NCBI GenBank assembly: GCA_028534125.1
Contig: CM052818.1
Span: 27,406,001 to 27,470,000 of the forward strand
DNA length: 64,000 nt
Source of the DNA: Lama glama
Taxonomy: Eukaryota
Direction: 5' to 3'
In this document: piece by piece, positions 1-13,331 of the stretch
How positions within the stretch are numbered: position 1 is the first letter of the stretch
Layout: each line of letters opens with the position of its first letter
The notes under the pieces: generated by a model
Told to the model about the DNA's origin: nothing
The model's database searches: none
The model's input: the letters and a program-made list of their open reading frames with translations, nothing else
Made by a program: the position numbers and the translations under genes

Positions 1-3000
1 ATGTTTGTGAGGTGCTGGACTGGCCTTCTAATCAGGCACATGTCATTATTAGACACACAGCCTCCTCTGAGCTTGAATGTCCACTAGAACATGTAACTCC
101 TTGTTTAACCAGCTCCAAAGAATACTAGTTTAAGTTACCAAATGTACTGCTGCTGAAAAATTAATATATCTTAGTCGAGGGAAAAATTATCTTGGAGAAG
201 TACCTTTATGTTTCACATTTCCTCTTCATCTAGATTCTCTAAAAAGCCATCCCTGAATTAAGCCAGATGACTCGCCATCCCTTAGGTACCCGCTCACAGT
301 GTTTTATTCTATAGAGGCACCTTAGTGTAACACCCACTGAGAGTGTTTTAAGAACAGCCCCATCAAACTCTTAAGGATGTGAAGCTGGGAAGCAACAGTC
401 TTCAAATACAGCTCAACATCTGGCTATTCAAGCCTTTGGCACAGAACCCAAAGCCTGTTTCGATCTGACCCCAGCCCACTTCTGCACCCGCACCCCCTCC
501 GCTCCCCACCACTTACTCCAGCAACACCTCCTAATGACGTGCTCCCTGGGTGACCCACAGTGTTCATGACCCCATGGCTCTGCACAAGCTGTTCTCTCTG
601 GCTAGAAAGCTGCTTCTCTTTACCTGCTTTGAAAGCTCTTACTTGGTCTTTAATACTTTCTCCAGGTTTTATCTACTCTACAGGGACTGAATTAAGTACT
701 ATCTCCTCTGTAAGACTTCTGCTATATATCCATTAAAATTCTTTCACTTATGGCGGTATAATGAAATTGCTCATCTAATGTCTACCAGAAAGTGTGCTCT
801 TTTTTCTCATTGGGCTGTCTTAGCAGTTTTAGTGAAACAGACGTCTGCAGAAGGAATAAACAGAAACGGGTTAGAACACAAGAGCACCTGAATTTAAACA
901 CAGTAATCTGAATCTGAAAGTGCCAAACTTCTCTGGAAAGTAAGTCTGGTGGAAGGGGAAGAAAGTCAATTATTCAGAAATAACAGAGAAACATCTTTCG
1001 ATCTCAGTCTTCCTACTTGCGAAATATTAATACTAACTCAAGTCTTCTTTTAACCTCAACATGGTATTAACCAACCCTTCCATATATCAATAAATATTTA
1101 TGACGTGTCAAGTGAGTGAATGAATGTAACACTCCCCAGCCATGTTGGATAAATAAATAATAACTTAAATAATAAACTCTATTATCTCCCTCCCTACCAC
1201 TTTCGTCTATCATGTCCATAATTAGATAATGTGACACAAGTTAATGTCTCCTGCCAGAAAGGTACTTGTGGATATGAATAATGCACAGTCCCACTTTATA
1301 AATATTAATATCTGGTCTAACCTAAAATCTGTTAGTCAAATGACCAAGTGTCAAACAGAAGACCAGACACGGGAATGCCTTTTTTCTTGACTGTACTCAT
1401 CCAAAAGAGTGAACCACTCCAGGGAAAAGAAGAAATGTGGCCAGAATTTCAAACAACAACAAAATGAATGTGGTATTCTGAAAATAAGCACTATAAAGGA
1501 CATAAATTTGTCATTATAGTAGCTGAACAGTTAGCATAGGTAATGAAGCACATTTCACCCCCCAAGACAAATCTGATAACTGCTAACATTTCCAGAGTCA
1601 GGGACCCCACCAGGTGTTTTTTGTGGACTTACACATTTAGCTGAGGAGAAAAGTTAGCAACCAGGTCTGAATTCCACAAAGACTAGAGCATCAAGCAGGC
1701 GACGGGAGGGACTGAAGAAACAGGGAAGTAAGGCCGTCAAAGGGTTGGGCCAAATTTCAAGTTCAAGTGAGTCCAGGGAACCTGAGTACCAGGGAAAAGA
1801 CAGTGGGGGAGGGGGCACCGCTATTTTCCATCTCACGCTGGAGAAACTGGAGACCCAGGGCTGACGGTTGTCACCTAAGGGGCAGGCACAGCCTCTCTGA
1901 CACCCTCTCCTCCAAGACAAAAAGAGTTGCAGGAGCACCTCTGGAAACGGCCGAAGAACAGAAAACCCGACAACATAAACACGAAGTCCACTATTCTAAC
2001 ATCTAGGAAGCAAGGGTTTCCTTGCAAAGGCGGCAATGCCTCCACATTAAGCAATACTCCTGAGGCGTAAGTAATGATTTCTAAAAGGTGTAATGATCTG
2101 TAAGTAGCATTAAGGAATCTTTTCAGGATAATGAATTAGTGAAATCAGTCAGCAATTGTTTTGAAAGAAATGTCTTTGCAAATCAGCTTGGGCACGGCTG
2201 TGAACCTCACCTCAGTAATTTATCTGAATTCTTCAAAGTAAACCAAGTAGAAGATGATAAGAAGTGAAAGAGTGATCAAGTTTAATTCCAAAATTACGTT
2301 TCTAACTGATCCTTGCCACTAACTCCAATACTCCCAAACCTTCACATTTTTCCATGAAGCAAGTTTATCTCTCTGTTTGATCTTACTGATCCCTGCACGC
2401 TCTGTGGAGCTCCTGCTATCTGGTGCCGGCAACAAAGTATAATTTGCCAGTAATACTCAGTGAACACGATTTTTATGTGCCCAAGTTCATTGTAAAGTCA
2501 AAGTTCAATGTATATGCCCAGATCTTTTTTTCATCATTAAAATTCACATTGCTACTATATGTTTATGTGGAAGGGAGTGTTAGAAATGAGAATTAGAGAC
2601 GACTGTGGCCTATTAAGAAACTTCATGCAACACAAGGCCTGTCTGATAACGTGGATTTTTTTTAAGGCATCAAGTCCTTGAAATTCATCCTGGAACTCTC
2701 CTCCTAGAAGCAAATGAAGATAAGGGAGCAATGAAAAGGATTCCTGCCTTAGGGTATGTCAAGAAATGAATATTAATCGCTTGGGAGGACTATGATTTAC
2801 ACAGCAATGATTAAATCCCTAAGATTCACGTGAAATAGACCACATAAGCAAATACAATGAGACCTCAGAAAGATTAAGCAATTTTAACATTTGAAAAATA
2901 CATCTGCACGATTCCCACAACACTGGAGTTTCCTCTGTGCAGTAATCAAACCTCTACACCTACCAGACGCGAAGCCCTGAGGCACTGGATACTCAGTTTG

Positions 3001-3249
3001 GGGGGCTTGGTGATGACATCAACACTACCCAACAATCTCCAATGGCTCCCACCTGCCTCGATGGGCAAGTCCAACCCCTCACACTGATAAATGACGCCTT
3101 TGCCCCGTCCCAGCTAACCTCCCAGTTAGCTGCACAACCAGCACCTCTTCCCTCGCCAGCACTGAAGCCTCAGGGCTTGAGGGCCTGTACCCGTCCCCCC
3201 GGGACACCCTCCCTCAGTTCTGTGCCCGTTCACTCCCCCATTCCTTCAG

Positions 3250-3520
3250 GAGTCTGATCAAACTCAACTTCTTGGCAAGACTTTCCACGACCACTCTACT
3301 TAAACTGCCAACCCAACCCCACCGGGCAGCCCTGCCCCCTTCTCTGCTTTTTCTGCACAGTATGTATATCCCTCTGGCATGGGATGTATTTGACTTACTG
3401 ATTTTGAAAACTTTTAGTTGACAGGGACTTTTGTCTGCCTTGTTCACAGCTGTATCTTCTGTACTTAGAACAGGCCTTAGCACGCAGTAGGTCCTCCATA
3501 AAAATTTACCGAATCAATTT
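3250..3520 (+). mobile_element. L2 3' end
   Basis: CAGGGACTTTTGTCTGCCTTGTTCACAGCTGTATC...AGAACAGGCCTTAGCACGCAGTAGGTCCTCCATAAAAATTTACCGAAT. Confidence 0.75.
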
Positions 3521-6500
3521 TGAGTACTTTGTTCATCCCATTTCCTCTGCAGAGTCATGAGCTTCCTTCACTGTTTACCTGGAAATCTGCTACTATCTTA
3601 CTGTGCCCAGCTAAGAATGCCCTCTCAAGCTTTACTTGGTTTTCTCCTACCCACAACATGTCACTTATCCCAAGGCATCGAGGCTGTTTGTGTGCAGCTG
3701 GATTCCAAGCTGCTTGGGGGCAGAAACTCATTTCTATGCCACTCCATGCTGTGCTGAGCAGGCGGCACATAGTGAACCCTAATTCCCCACCTGCTGAATG
3801 GACGGAGAATGAATGGGAAACTGGACTAGGAGATCACTCTATTAGTAACATGTGGGATAAAAAAAGCAGCTTTAAAGATACTCTGTTGATATCAAAGATT
3901 CAGGTTTCCTTATGTTCTTCAATACTTACTGCATTTATATTTAATATCTTTCTGGAAAGTTTGAGATGCAAAAACAAATAAACTTTCTAATAATTCATGC
4001 CTATCGGGGCTTAGGAAGCAAGTAACTTGGGGTATTCTAAAACACTGCAGTGTCAAGTGAAAGAAAAAAGTTGATAAATTCCTACGTTTCAAATTTGAAT
4101 ACACGCATACATAAGCAGACACGTATAGAGAATAACTAATTCGCTTCCAAAAGGAGACATATATAAAACCCACACGAACCACCCAGTCCCTTCTCCAGAT
4201 GCTATAGCAGTATATATTCCCACATGCAGTTAAGTAACTGGATTTTGCAAGATTGCGACTCTGCAATGTTATTCTATTCACAGCTAGTCTTTAGAGTGTA
4301 AAAGAAGTCATCGGAAAATTGTTCAAATGATAGAAGTCACAATTTGTGGAAATACACATCTACCTTAACTCCTACCTGAAAGGCTAAAAATTATTGTCTA
4401 TTTTATTAGGTTCAAAATATGTTTCAAGAACTAATGGCTTTTAGGATATAAAAGGAAATGTAGACCATTCCCAAAGAATGCTCTGCTCAAATGCACATCG
4501 TATTTAACAAACAAGGATCACCAATTTTCAAAGGATTAGATTATACAGAGATATGCAGCTTAAAACTTGCATATACGCACTTCACATGTTCTTTAATAAT
4601 TCTGTTGTTTTAAACATCCAGGTATACAGATCGCTAGGTTCTCAGGGCGGTCCTAAGATGTACACTTTGAGTAGTAAGACCGGGCCTGCTTCCCTGTCGC
4701 ACTGCCTGCAGCATCCCCTCACCTGGGGGCTTTTGGTATCAATTAGGTGGAGGAAGAGTGCCGCATACTCTGGTTTGCAAGGCCAGTGAATGAGTCTGAA
4801 AACCAAGATGTTTCCCTGAGCACCAGGGCCACCACTCCTTGGGCTCTGTACAATGTCGCACAAGAAAGGAGAAAAGGAGAGGAGCACCCTCACTCCAGCA
4901 GGATGTGGCGCGACTGCAGCACACTAATTATCACCTGAGACAACCCCGGGTACGGGCAGAGGGAACGGACTGGGCAATGAGATTCCAGCTGCAAAGGAAA
5001 CCCAATCCCTTCAGGTACGGTGGCAGTTAGAAGATCCCTCCTTTTAAACAGGTGTTTCAGAAATGCCTTGCTGCCTATGGTTTCTATTCCTGTCCCAGGA
5101 GAATGGAATTTAACAGTAAACATCCCTCACCAGAAGTTGGTTTGCCATCCTGGCAGACCTCACATGCAGTTTGGCAACAGTGTGATGCTCATGGTTTCAC
5201 AAGATCTGAACAAGAGCGCGCTGAGCCCTGGCTCTGCACCCGCAAAGCCCTTTAACTGGGAGAAAGCAGAGGACGAGAGGTGTCCTTGTCCTGGCGGGGC
5301 AAGGAGCTGGTGTGGACAGCATCACCCTGGGGCTCAGCCTCTCGGTTTTCTGAGTATCTCTGTGAGAGGTAACTGACTGGAGCACGTGCCAAGGTGGGGT
5401 CCATCACTGACAGGAAACAGCAAGGGACAGCTAAGTGCCCATCAGCTCACACCTGAAGGGGCAGTCAGCCCCTTTACTCCCTCCATCCTGTGAAGGATGT
5501 GCCTCTTAAAAAGCTCTGGGGCCTCAAAGCGGGGGGGGGGGGGAGCTTCTTTAGGAGAGGCTTTCTCACCTTCTAACACATTTGGTTTCTAAAGTAAGAG
5601 TGTGTCCGGTCTGCACAGTGGCTGGCCATCCCTCCTCTCCACCCACCACCCTCTCTTTCATCATCTCCAACAAACGTTTCCTCTGCATTCCAGTCTGCTC
5701 CTCCCTTCTCCCCTCAACCCTTTCCTCCTCAGCCCACGTGCTCTGGCAGCGCACCCCGGGGCCACAGCATCTGTGGGCCTGGAAACCTGCCCGTTGGGTT
5801 TGCCAGCCCAGCGCCCCGCCGCCCAGCCTCCCGCGTTGTGGCGACATGGCCCAGCACTTCCTTTCCCTCTGTCCCACCCCAAGGCCAAGGGGTGCTCTTC
5901 CCTCCGCCCCTGAGTCCTTCCTGTTTCCCAGGCCAGGTCCATCCAGGACACTCAACTGCCAGGGGTCAGAATGCCACATTCCAGTGGCTTCACACCCCCC
6001 ACGGGAGGGCTCCGGATTCCTGCATGGGGGGTAGGGGTGGGGCAGGGAGGCAGGCAGGGAGGGAAAAGTTCAGCAGAGAACGATTCAGCCCGCTGTGCCC
6101 ACTACTCTGAGACCAAGGTCACGGAGAGGTGGGGAACAGGGGTCCCAAGAGCTCCCTCCAGAGTGGGCAAGAGGAGGCCTCTTGCCTTCCTCTCTGGGTT
6201 TGGAAGGAAGAAGCCGTCACTGCAGGTGCAGCAGAAACTGTTAAAAAGCGTAAGGGGACATAACGAACTGTGATGGGCCTGGATTCCTAAAGCTGTAAAA
6301 TGAGGAGGCTGGCCTAGAGATGCTCTTCTAACTCCTTAACTCCAACTCCATAATTCTCTGACTCCTGGTACAGCAACAGTGCTCTGACCTCAGACATTTC
6401 TAAGGTCTGACGTATTTTTGGCTAACAAACAGAATGCCACTTCTCACTCAGAAGACAACCAAACTTCCCTAACCTCCCAAAGCCAAAGCCTCCTCTTGCA

Positions 6501-9319
6501 GTATGGATTCCTCTGCCTCCAACTCAGTGTCTCTCAGATCCTCTTGGTGTCTTTCTTGTGATTTCTGTGTACTTTGGGCTTTAACTCTGCGGAGTCTGGG
6601 CTCAAACCCTCAAGCCCTGGCCCCTTAAGGGCCTCCCAGCTCTCCCTGCTTGCACAGCCGCAGGGAGATCAGGCTCCCAGAGGTACAACCCACCGAGGTC
6701 ACCCTCTGGATCTAAGGGCCACAGCATGCTGGGACTTGAAGACTCAGGCCCACCCTGACCCAAGGGGGGGCCCTGGGAGACTCATGGCACAGCGCCCCAT
6801 GCTGAGTCCCTCCAACACAGAAGTTCAGCTCCACTGGTACCAGAAACTGTGGAGAAATGAGGAGTCGGGAGCCCAAAGCAATCACTGTGTGAAGAGATGA
6901 TTAGGCTGACTTCGGTCTTGGCTCAGGACCTCCTACTCCCTCCCAAGATGGTCAAGGCAACATCCTCTCCTGGAGGACGGGGGAGCAGGGGAGGCATTCA
7001 GCCTCCTCAGGACAGGAGTCAGCTGGCTCATCGGGTACCTGATTGATGGGCACAGAATTTGGAAGGGAAGGAAAAAAGATATGGTGCTAGGGAAACTGGG
7101 AGAGGGGAAAACCATCATGCGATAGACAAAGTCATAAAAAGAACTTGTTACAAAGTCATAAATACCATTTGTCAGCCAGGTTCTGCCTCTCTAACACCCT
7201 CTGCAGAGAAAACACCCCCAAGTGATCAAAACCCAACAACTGGACTTCAACTAAATGTCTATCTTTCCCCTTTTTTGAAACCAACCATTGCTCTTAATAA
7301 ATCCCTGCGAGTAAAGTCTGACAGCAAAGACCAAGTCTGTGGATAAGATGATAAAAGCGATCTCGCGAAAAGGTATCCTGATGTAAAGTCATCTCGTTCT
7401 AAGAAATTGCTTTCACTGGAAAAACACCAGAATCCCTGCTCAATTATCATCTCCCTCTTGTCAAGCCAGGATTCCACACAGAACACTCCCTTTATTTACT
7501 AAGACCCAAACACTAGTGAGAGAATACGCATTCTGTGCAGTGAATCATCTGGAACTAACTAGAATTTGGACTTTTTCCCCCCACGTACACACCACCTTTC
7601 ATAAGAAATGGTTCAGAGTTCTGCTCAGTAAAATGTGCACGTCACCGCCACGTGCGGCTCTCCCTGCACCCCAGGGGCTGACGAGAGCAGACCAGAGCGT
7701 GGAGCCACAGCAGAAGCAGAAAGGCGCCCGAGGCCGGCACTTCCTTTTGGGAAGAAGATCTGATTGTAAACGGGCCATTCAACGTGGATGAGAGAGACAG
7801 AGAAAGGGGGAAAACAATCATATACTCTTCTCTTCTTTTTATAAAATGGTGAATCCAGATGATCCACCTGTGAAATAATCTCGCCACACAAGAACCATAC
7901 TGCAGACGTTTGCTTTGAAGTAAATTTATTATTGTTTTTCAAGTTGGGTACCAGGGGAAGATTTAACAGTTAAAAAAAAAAAACAACTCTGGAATACACT
8001 GAGACCTTAAAAAAGAGGGGAGGACATTATTAAAAATGACAACAGACAATAGAAATGGCATTTAAAAAGGCAGGGCAATCAGTCTGGTTTGAATGGGTAT
8101 GTGTGTGTTTGTTTAAAGCACTTCCAACATCTCCATAAAGAAAAAGGATTGTTGCAATCCTGTCAAATAAATCGTTGTTTGAATCAATAAATACATTTAG
8201 AACGAAAAGAAGCACTTACAAACCACTGACAAAGGACTTCAGGTCCATGTCCTTGTCACCTTTGTGGATTTTTTTTTTGTTTTAACCATCGTTTCCAAAT
8301 TGTCATCTCCAGGTCCTGGGTCAAAACCTCTTGTCCTTGGGATCACCGTCCCTGTCAAGAGAGCACAAGCATGTATGTTCTTCAGTCCTCACCACAGGAA
8401 ATATAATCAGCATAAACTTTTAAAACCAACGTCTCAACTTAAAAAACAATGACTCACCTCTTGCTGGGAGAGCTGTGATCTTCATCCTGAGCACGATCCA
8501 GACACCTCGTCAAAGATGAGTGGCGATGCCCCTCCCCCCACCGTCTCACCAGGACGTTCGTTCCTCTTACAGCAGATGAGCAGTAGCTCTGAGAGCAGCA
8601 CTCACATTCAGCACCCCAACAGCAAGACAGAAACCACCACATTAGGTGGCAACTGCCTAGGGGGAGAGCCATAAACTAAACCTCCTCAAAAGCACCTTCC
8701 AGGCATCAGTGTGATGTAATGTGGAGAAAAATGTCCCATGATTTACTTATTAACTGAAAACATTATTTACTGAGCAACTGCCACTTGCACGGCCCCATGC
8801 TAGGTGCGGAGTGGGCTACAAAGCGCAACAACCTGTTCAATTAAAGAGCACCTTGCTACCTACCTCCACCTCAAAAGCAAACATGAGTCGGAATGCAGAG
8901 TGAACCCATCAAGAAAGGGCAAAGCCCTGTTTTAATACAGCCATCAAATATGCTGGAGTTTGAAATGTTCCAATAACAATGCTTACTGGAAATAAATCAC
9001 CTGATTAAGCTGTTTTGCCCTTTCAAAACTACCTTGGGAGCCAGTAAACATTATTCAAACTTCTGACATACTGAGTATGTTAGGTCTGATGGCATACTGT
9101 TACTGATAATGAATCTGGAACATTCTACTACCCTGCCCCCAGCCAGGAGGGGTAAATGCCTCCATGCCTACAATGCTTCGTTGCAAAGCAAGTATTACTA
9201 TTATTTTATGGTAAGAGATGAGGAAATCATTTTTCCACCTTCTGAATGTTATACTTATTCAACAGAATATTTAATGAGCACCTACTATGTATAAACCAGT
9301 GTCTGATGCTAATGATACA

Positions 9320-9535
9320 CTGACATTTAATATGTGCTTACTATGTATACACCACTCTTCAGTGCTTTACATGAATGAGTCAACTTAGCTATTCCTCATA
9401 ACAACCCTATTTTACAGATGGAAACTGTGCACAGAGATCGAGCAGTTTGGCCAGCGCAACATACCAGGCGAGTCGCTAGGCAGGACTACAAACTGACTTC
9501 AGAGCCAGAACTCCCTCGAGTAAACAACATTGCCT
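9320..9535 (-). mobile_element. MIR SINE
   Basis: TCCTCATAACAACCCTATTTTACAGATGGAAACTGTGCACAGAGA core. Confidence 0.7.
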
Positions 9536-12150
9536 CTCATTAGTAAAATGTGGTTTCTCCTTAAGGAACTTATCTAAATTCCTCCTGAGGAAGTTATTTC
9601 CTCTGGGCAGTTTCTAGGATTGCATCCCTAGAGCTCCCAGGCAAACAGAAGCACTGCATGCTCGCCCTTCAGACAGGTAAAATGCCCCAAGTCTAGAGTG
9701 ATTCACGGTCTGGCGAGCAAGCAACAGGGCCAAGGAGGCAGGGCCAGCGCTGGGAGCTGGGCCAGTGCCACCAGCAGAGGCAGGCAAGTTGCCCCAGGAG
9801 GAGGAGGAGGACTGTGGTTGGGCCGGCTGGGCAGTGTCCCCAAGTTCCTGACAACAGACAGCACCTGTGTGCAAGGCTGCGAGTTGACCTGGGGCAGCAG
9901 CTGGATGTGAGCCTTCCTGAACTCCCATGGGTGGCTACAAGGGAGAAGAATTCAGAATCTGCACAGGGGATTTGAGTGACCAAGCCACAAAGGGACAAAG
10001 GACTCAAGAGGGGCTCGGGGGCTGCTGCCCTTGCTCTCTCTGGGTGCACTGGAGATGGTGATATATACACAGTGCCACAAACCCCCACATCCCACAACTC
10101 CTGTCCCAAATACTATTCGCTTCTAGTATCTACCTGTCTTTTCCCAAGATGCTTGGTGTTATTAAAAAAAAATCAACTCTCATGGCAGATCAGCAAGTTA
10201 GTTATTTCACTACAGATGCAGAAAGAAAGGGAACAGAGTGACCATGATTGGTGCATTGGGGAAGACTTCTGAGATACCAACCCAGTAAGAACCAGACACT
10301 GAGCTTTGCCCCTTGGAAGCACCAACAATTAGAGGTAAAAGTGTGAAACAGCTATAAACAGATTCATCCATAAGCAAATCCATCCAGCATTTACCCCAGC
10401 GAGAACCTCTGGGTCTACGACCTCCCTCAAACCCTATTTATGACTTCTCCCACAGTCTCCCATCTCAACAGCAAGAAATAAACCCAGAGCCCTCAAACCC
10501 AAACCTTTCCTCCTCCGACTCATTCAAGGTGGCCAAGCTCCAGGGCTCTGTGAGCAAGGAAACGCAGCCCGGCGACACCGAGCTAGCACTCGCCCACTGC
10601 TGGAACTGCTCCTCTGAGCACGGAGGCTTACTCTCCACCACGTGACAAGGAACACAAACAAGTCAATTTCATTATCCACTGATTTAAACATTTGTAATCA
10701 CATTGCTAGGAAGCTGCTGAAAAGAAAACACAAGCAGTTTTGGTTGATAATGAAGATCAACTGATTAATGATTAACTGCTTAGTACTGGAGACAATCTAC
10801 TGATTCCCACCTTGAAATAAAGTTTTATACATTGGCTACAACAGGAGCTACAGGCCCCCTCCTCCGTCCCAAACCTTTTACCTAAGTGGTCAGCTTTTCT
10901 GTATCTTTCTATATTCACCAGGGAGACACGATTTCAGCATACATATTTTGGTGGTGGTAGTGGGTGTCAAGTATTTGTTTGTTATTGTTGAACGTACATA
11001 TCTATCAAACTTTGTGCTTTAACTTTTAAAAGAATTTTACACACTTGACTTCAGTTAACGTTACCCATGATATAATTAAAATTACACAAATATCCATGGG
11101 TAAACTATTAAATTTCATGATTTCTCCTTCAAATTATTTTTTCTGTACAAAGTGTACTCTTTCATTTAAATTCAATATGCTTACCCAAAAAGTATCTGAC
11201 AATCCTAGTCGTGGACATGCATTACTTTGCTATATTCTGTGGCTTAAAGAAGACTGAACAGGTACTCTCTCCAACTATGACACATGAATTATACATTTTC
11301 AAAAATGTGTAATTCAGACAATGTGATTTAAAATTTATACAAAATATATCTGAAGTCTGGTGATTTGATTCTGTGTACTATGCACCACTGAGAATGTACA
11401 TTTTTAAATTAAAAAATTACAGAAATGAATCTGAAATATTACAACAGATGTTATCTATACCTTTTGAATATGAAACCAGTATGAGTTGTAAAAAGTATTT
11501 ATTAATTTCATTAGTCAATAATACAAGAAAAAAAGTGTGTTTTCCTGAAAAATTTCAACAAACTTCATCCCAAAAATGATTCAAGTTTTTTGAAATGTTA
11601 TACATGTGTCTTGCTGGACAACTCCTAGGCCTCTGGTTTTCATTTATAAAACGGTGGAAGTGGGAAACTGTTCTAAATCCTTAGCTAAAATAATCAGTAA
11701 CAAGAGCATATGTCATGCGTATGCAAAGCACAAAGGTTGCAAATTTATCTTCGAGTAAGTATCTAGTCCCTATTTAGCACACAGTTAATTATATCCATTT
11801 TTCATACTAAATAAACATTTGCAATCCAATAATGCACTACTAAAACAGCAACAGAATTAAAATGTCTCTACCAAGTGGGCTGGCTATTTGCACAAAGCCT
11901 ATGCATCATTACTAAACGTTCCAGAGCTTCAGTGCCCAGAGTCAGCACAGTCCTGGTGACAGCAAGGATCTAAGACAGTACAACGAAGGGCCTCAGGCCA
12001 CAAGCCCTAGACCCAAAGGACCAGAGGCTCAGGCAGCAGGCGGTCACACCCTTAGCAGGGGGACAGGAGACAGTCGTGGTCATCTGCTTGGAGAACCTAG
12101 GCACTCATGAAAACAAAGTAAGTCTACATAGGATTTTCTCTTAAACTCAC

Positions 12151-12196
12151 CTTGAATGACTTTTTTTTTGAACCCCTTCTTGCCTTTTGTACAGTT
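12151..12196 (-). other. Candidate 46-nt cryptic/poison cassette exon in CRIM1 intron 1
   Basis: Minus strand: branch point TACTGAC (12248-12242), ~38-nt pyrimidine tract, CAG (12199-12197), exon, AAG|GTGAGT donor (GT 12150-12149). Confidence 0.4.
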
Positions 12197-13249
12197 CTGG
12201 AGAAAAGAGGGAAAGGAAAGGAAAGGAAGTAGAGAGCTGCAGTCAGTACATCTGGATTAATGAGCTGACACTATATGACTGAGACTACGTAACCATGTAG
12301 AAGATGCATGTGGTATCTTCTAAGTGGAAAGAAGTGAGATACAAGGCGTGATTTAAAAAACATGTACATAGAGGATAGATAGGGTGTATATACAAAAGCA
12401 CACAACCAGTTCTTGCGTTTGGAACAAGAGCATTTGGGGGTCGGGTCACTACTTCTCTTCTGTTTCAAAAACTGTCTAGTAAAGTTATGTTGCCTTTATA
12501 ATAGTTTTCTTCAAGAAGAAGGCAGAGAATCTAATATGTGGCCCCAGGACACATAGCTTAGTTACGGGAAGTAAGATGTTCGGGAAATAAAACCACAGAG
12601 ACGGAATTTAGGCAACATCTCTGAGTGACCATTAAAGAGATTTGGGTCTCTTTACAAGGCAAGGCCTTTCCCCACATGTAACTAAGATCCAAGAATCTTT
12701 GAATGTGAAAAGTTCTAGGGAATTTCTGTATCAGTCCTTTTGATGGTCTGATCTTGACACACAGCAAGGGCCAGACATTAGCTACTATACACCTAATAAG
12801 GACCTTATTAACTGCAGAAAGGAAGACTCAGGAGCGAGGTGCCTACAGCTTTATGTGAGCCTCTTAGAAGTCAATCTACATGTATTCATTTATATGAATT
12901 AATGAACGATGGCTACAAACTTTTTTCCTGTTGGAATTAACAGAACCTAACAGCTCAAATTAGAAGAAAATGCCATCATCACAGAAGAATGGACATAAAG
13001 AGATGGATTATCAGGACAAGAATGCTGACCCCATGAGGAATTTTTTTAACAGATATGCATGTTGCATATATGCATGTGCCTATGAGTACATGCACACATA
13101 ATCTGTAATGTGTGCATGGATGTCCACTGCGATGACACAGTTTTATACCGTAACAAAAGACAGACAGACAGAGTCTGTTTCCATTAACTCTAAATCACAC
13201 TTGCAGACTCCGGGACACCTGCCCACTGCATGCTGCCGATCCACTGGCT

Positions 13250-13331
13250 CCCTGCAAGGCTTCCCTAGGTCACTGGCAACTTTGTCTCTCCCCTGCAAGG
13301 CTTCCCTAGGTCACTGGCGACTTTGTCTCTA
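13250..13331 (+). repeat. Tandem duplication, 41 bp x 2
   Basis: CCCTGCAAGGCTTCCCTAGGTCACTGGC(A/G)ACTTTGTCTCT(C/A) at 13250-13290 and 13291-13331. Confidence 0.95.

Noticed and set aside
2260..2530. Possible CR1/L2 remnant (WAY...MNLG on minus)
   Set aside because: Similarity too weak to call by eye.
4365..4395. Recursive splice site-like TTTCAG|GTAGGA
   Set aside because: Short tract with a competing upstream AG and a weak regenerated donor.
4723..4795. Possible 73-nt cryptic exon (TTTTCAG ... CAG|GTGAGG, minus strand)
   Set aside because: Short, interrupted pyrimidine tract and no clear branch point; pseudo-exon quality.
13250..13331. CRISPR-like or other prokaryotic array
   Set aside because: Two adjacent copies with no spacer, in mammalian DNA. 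No CRISPR, operon or phage features anywhere in the window.
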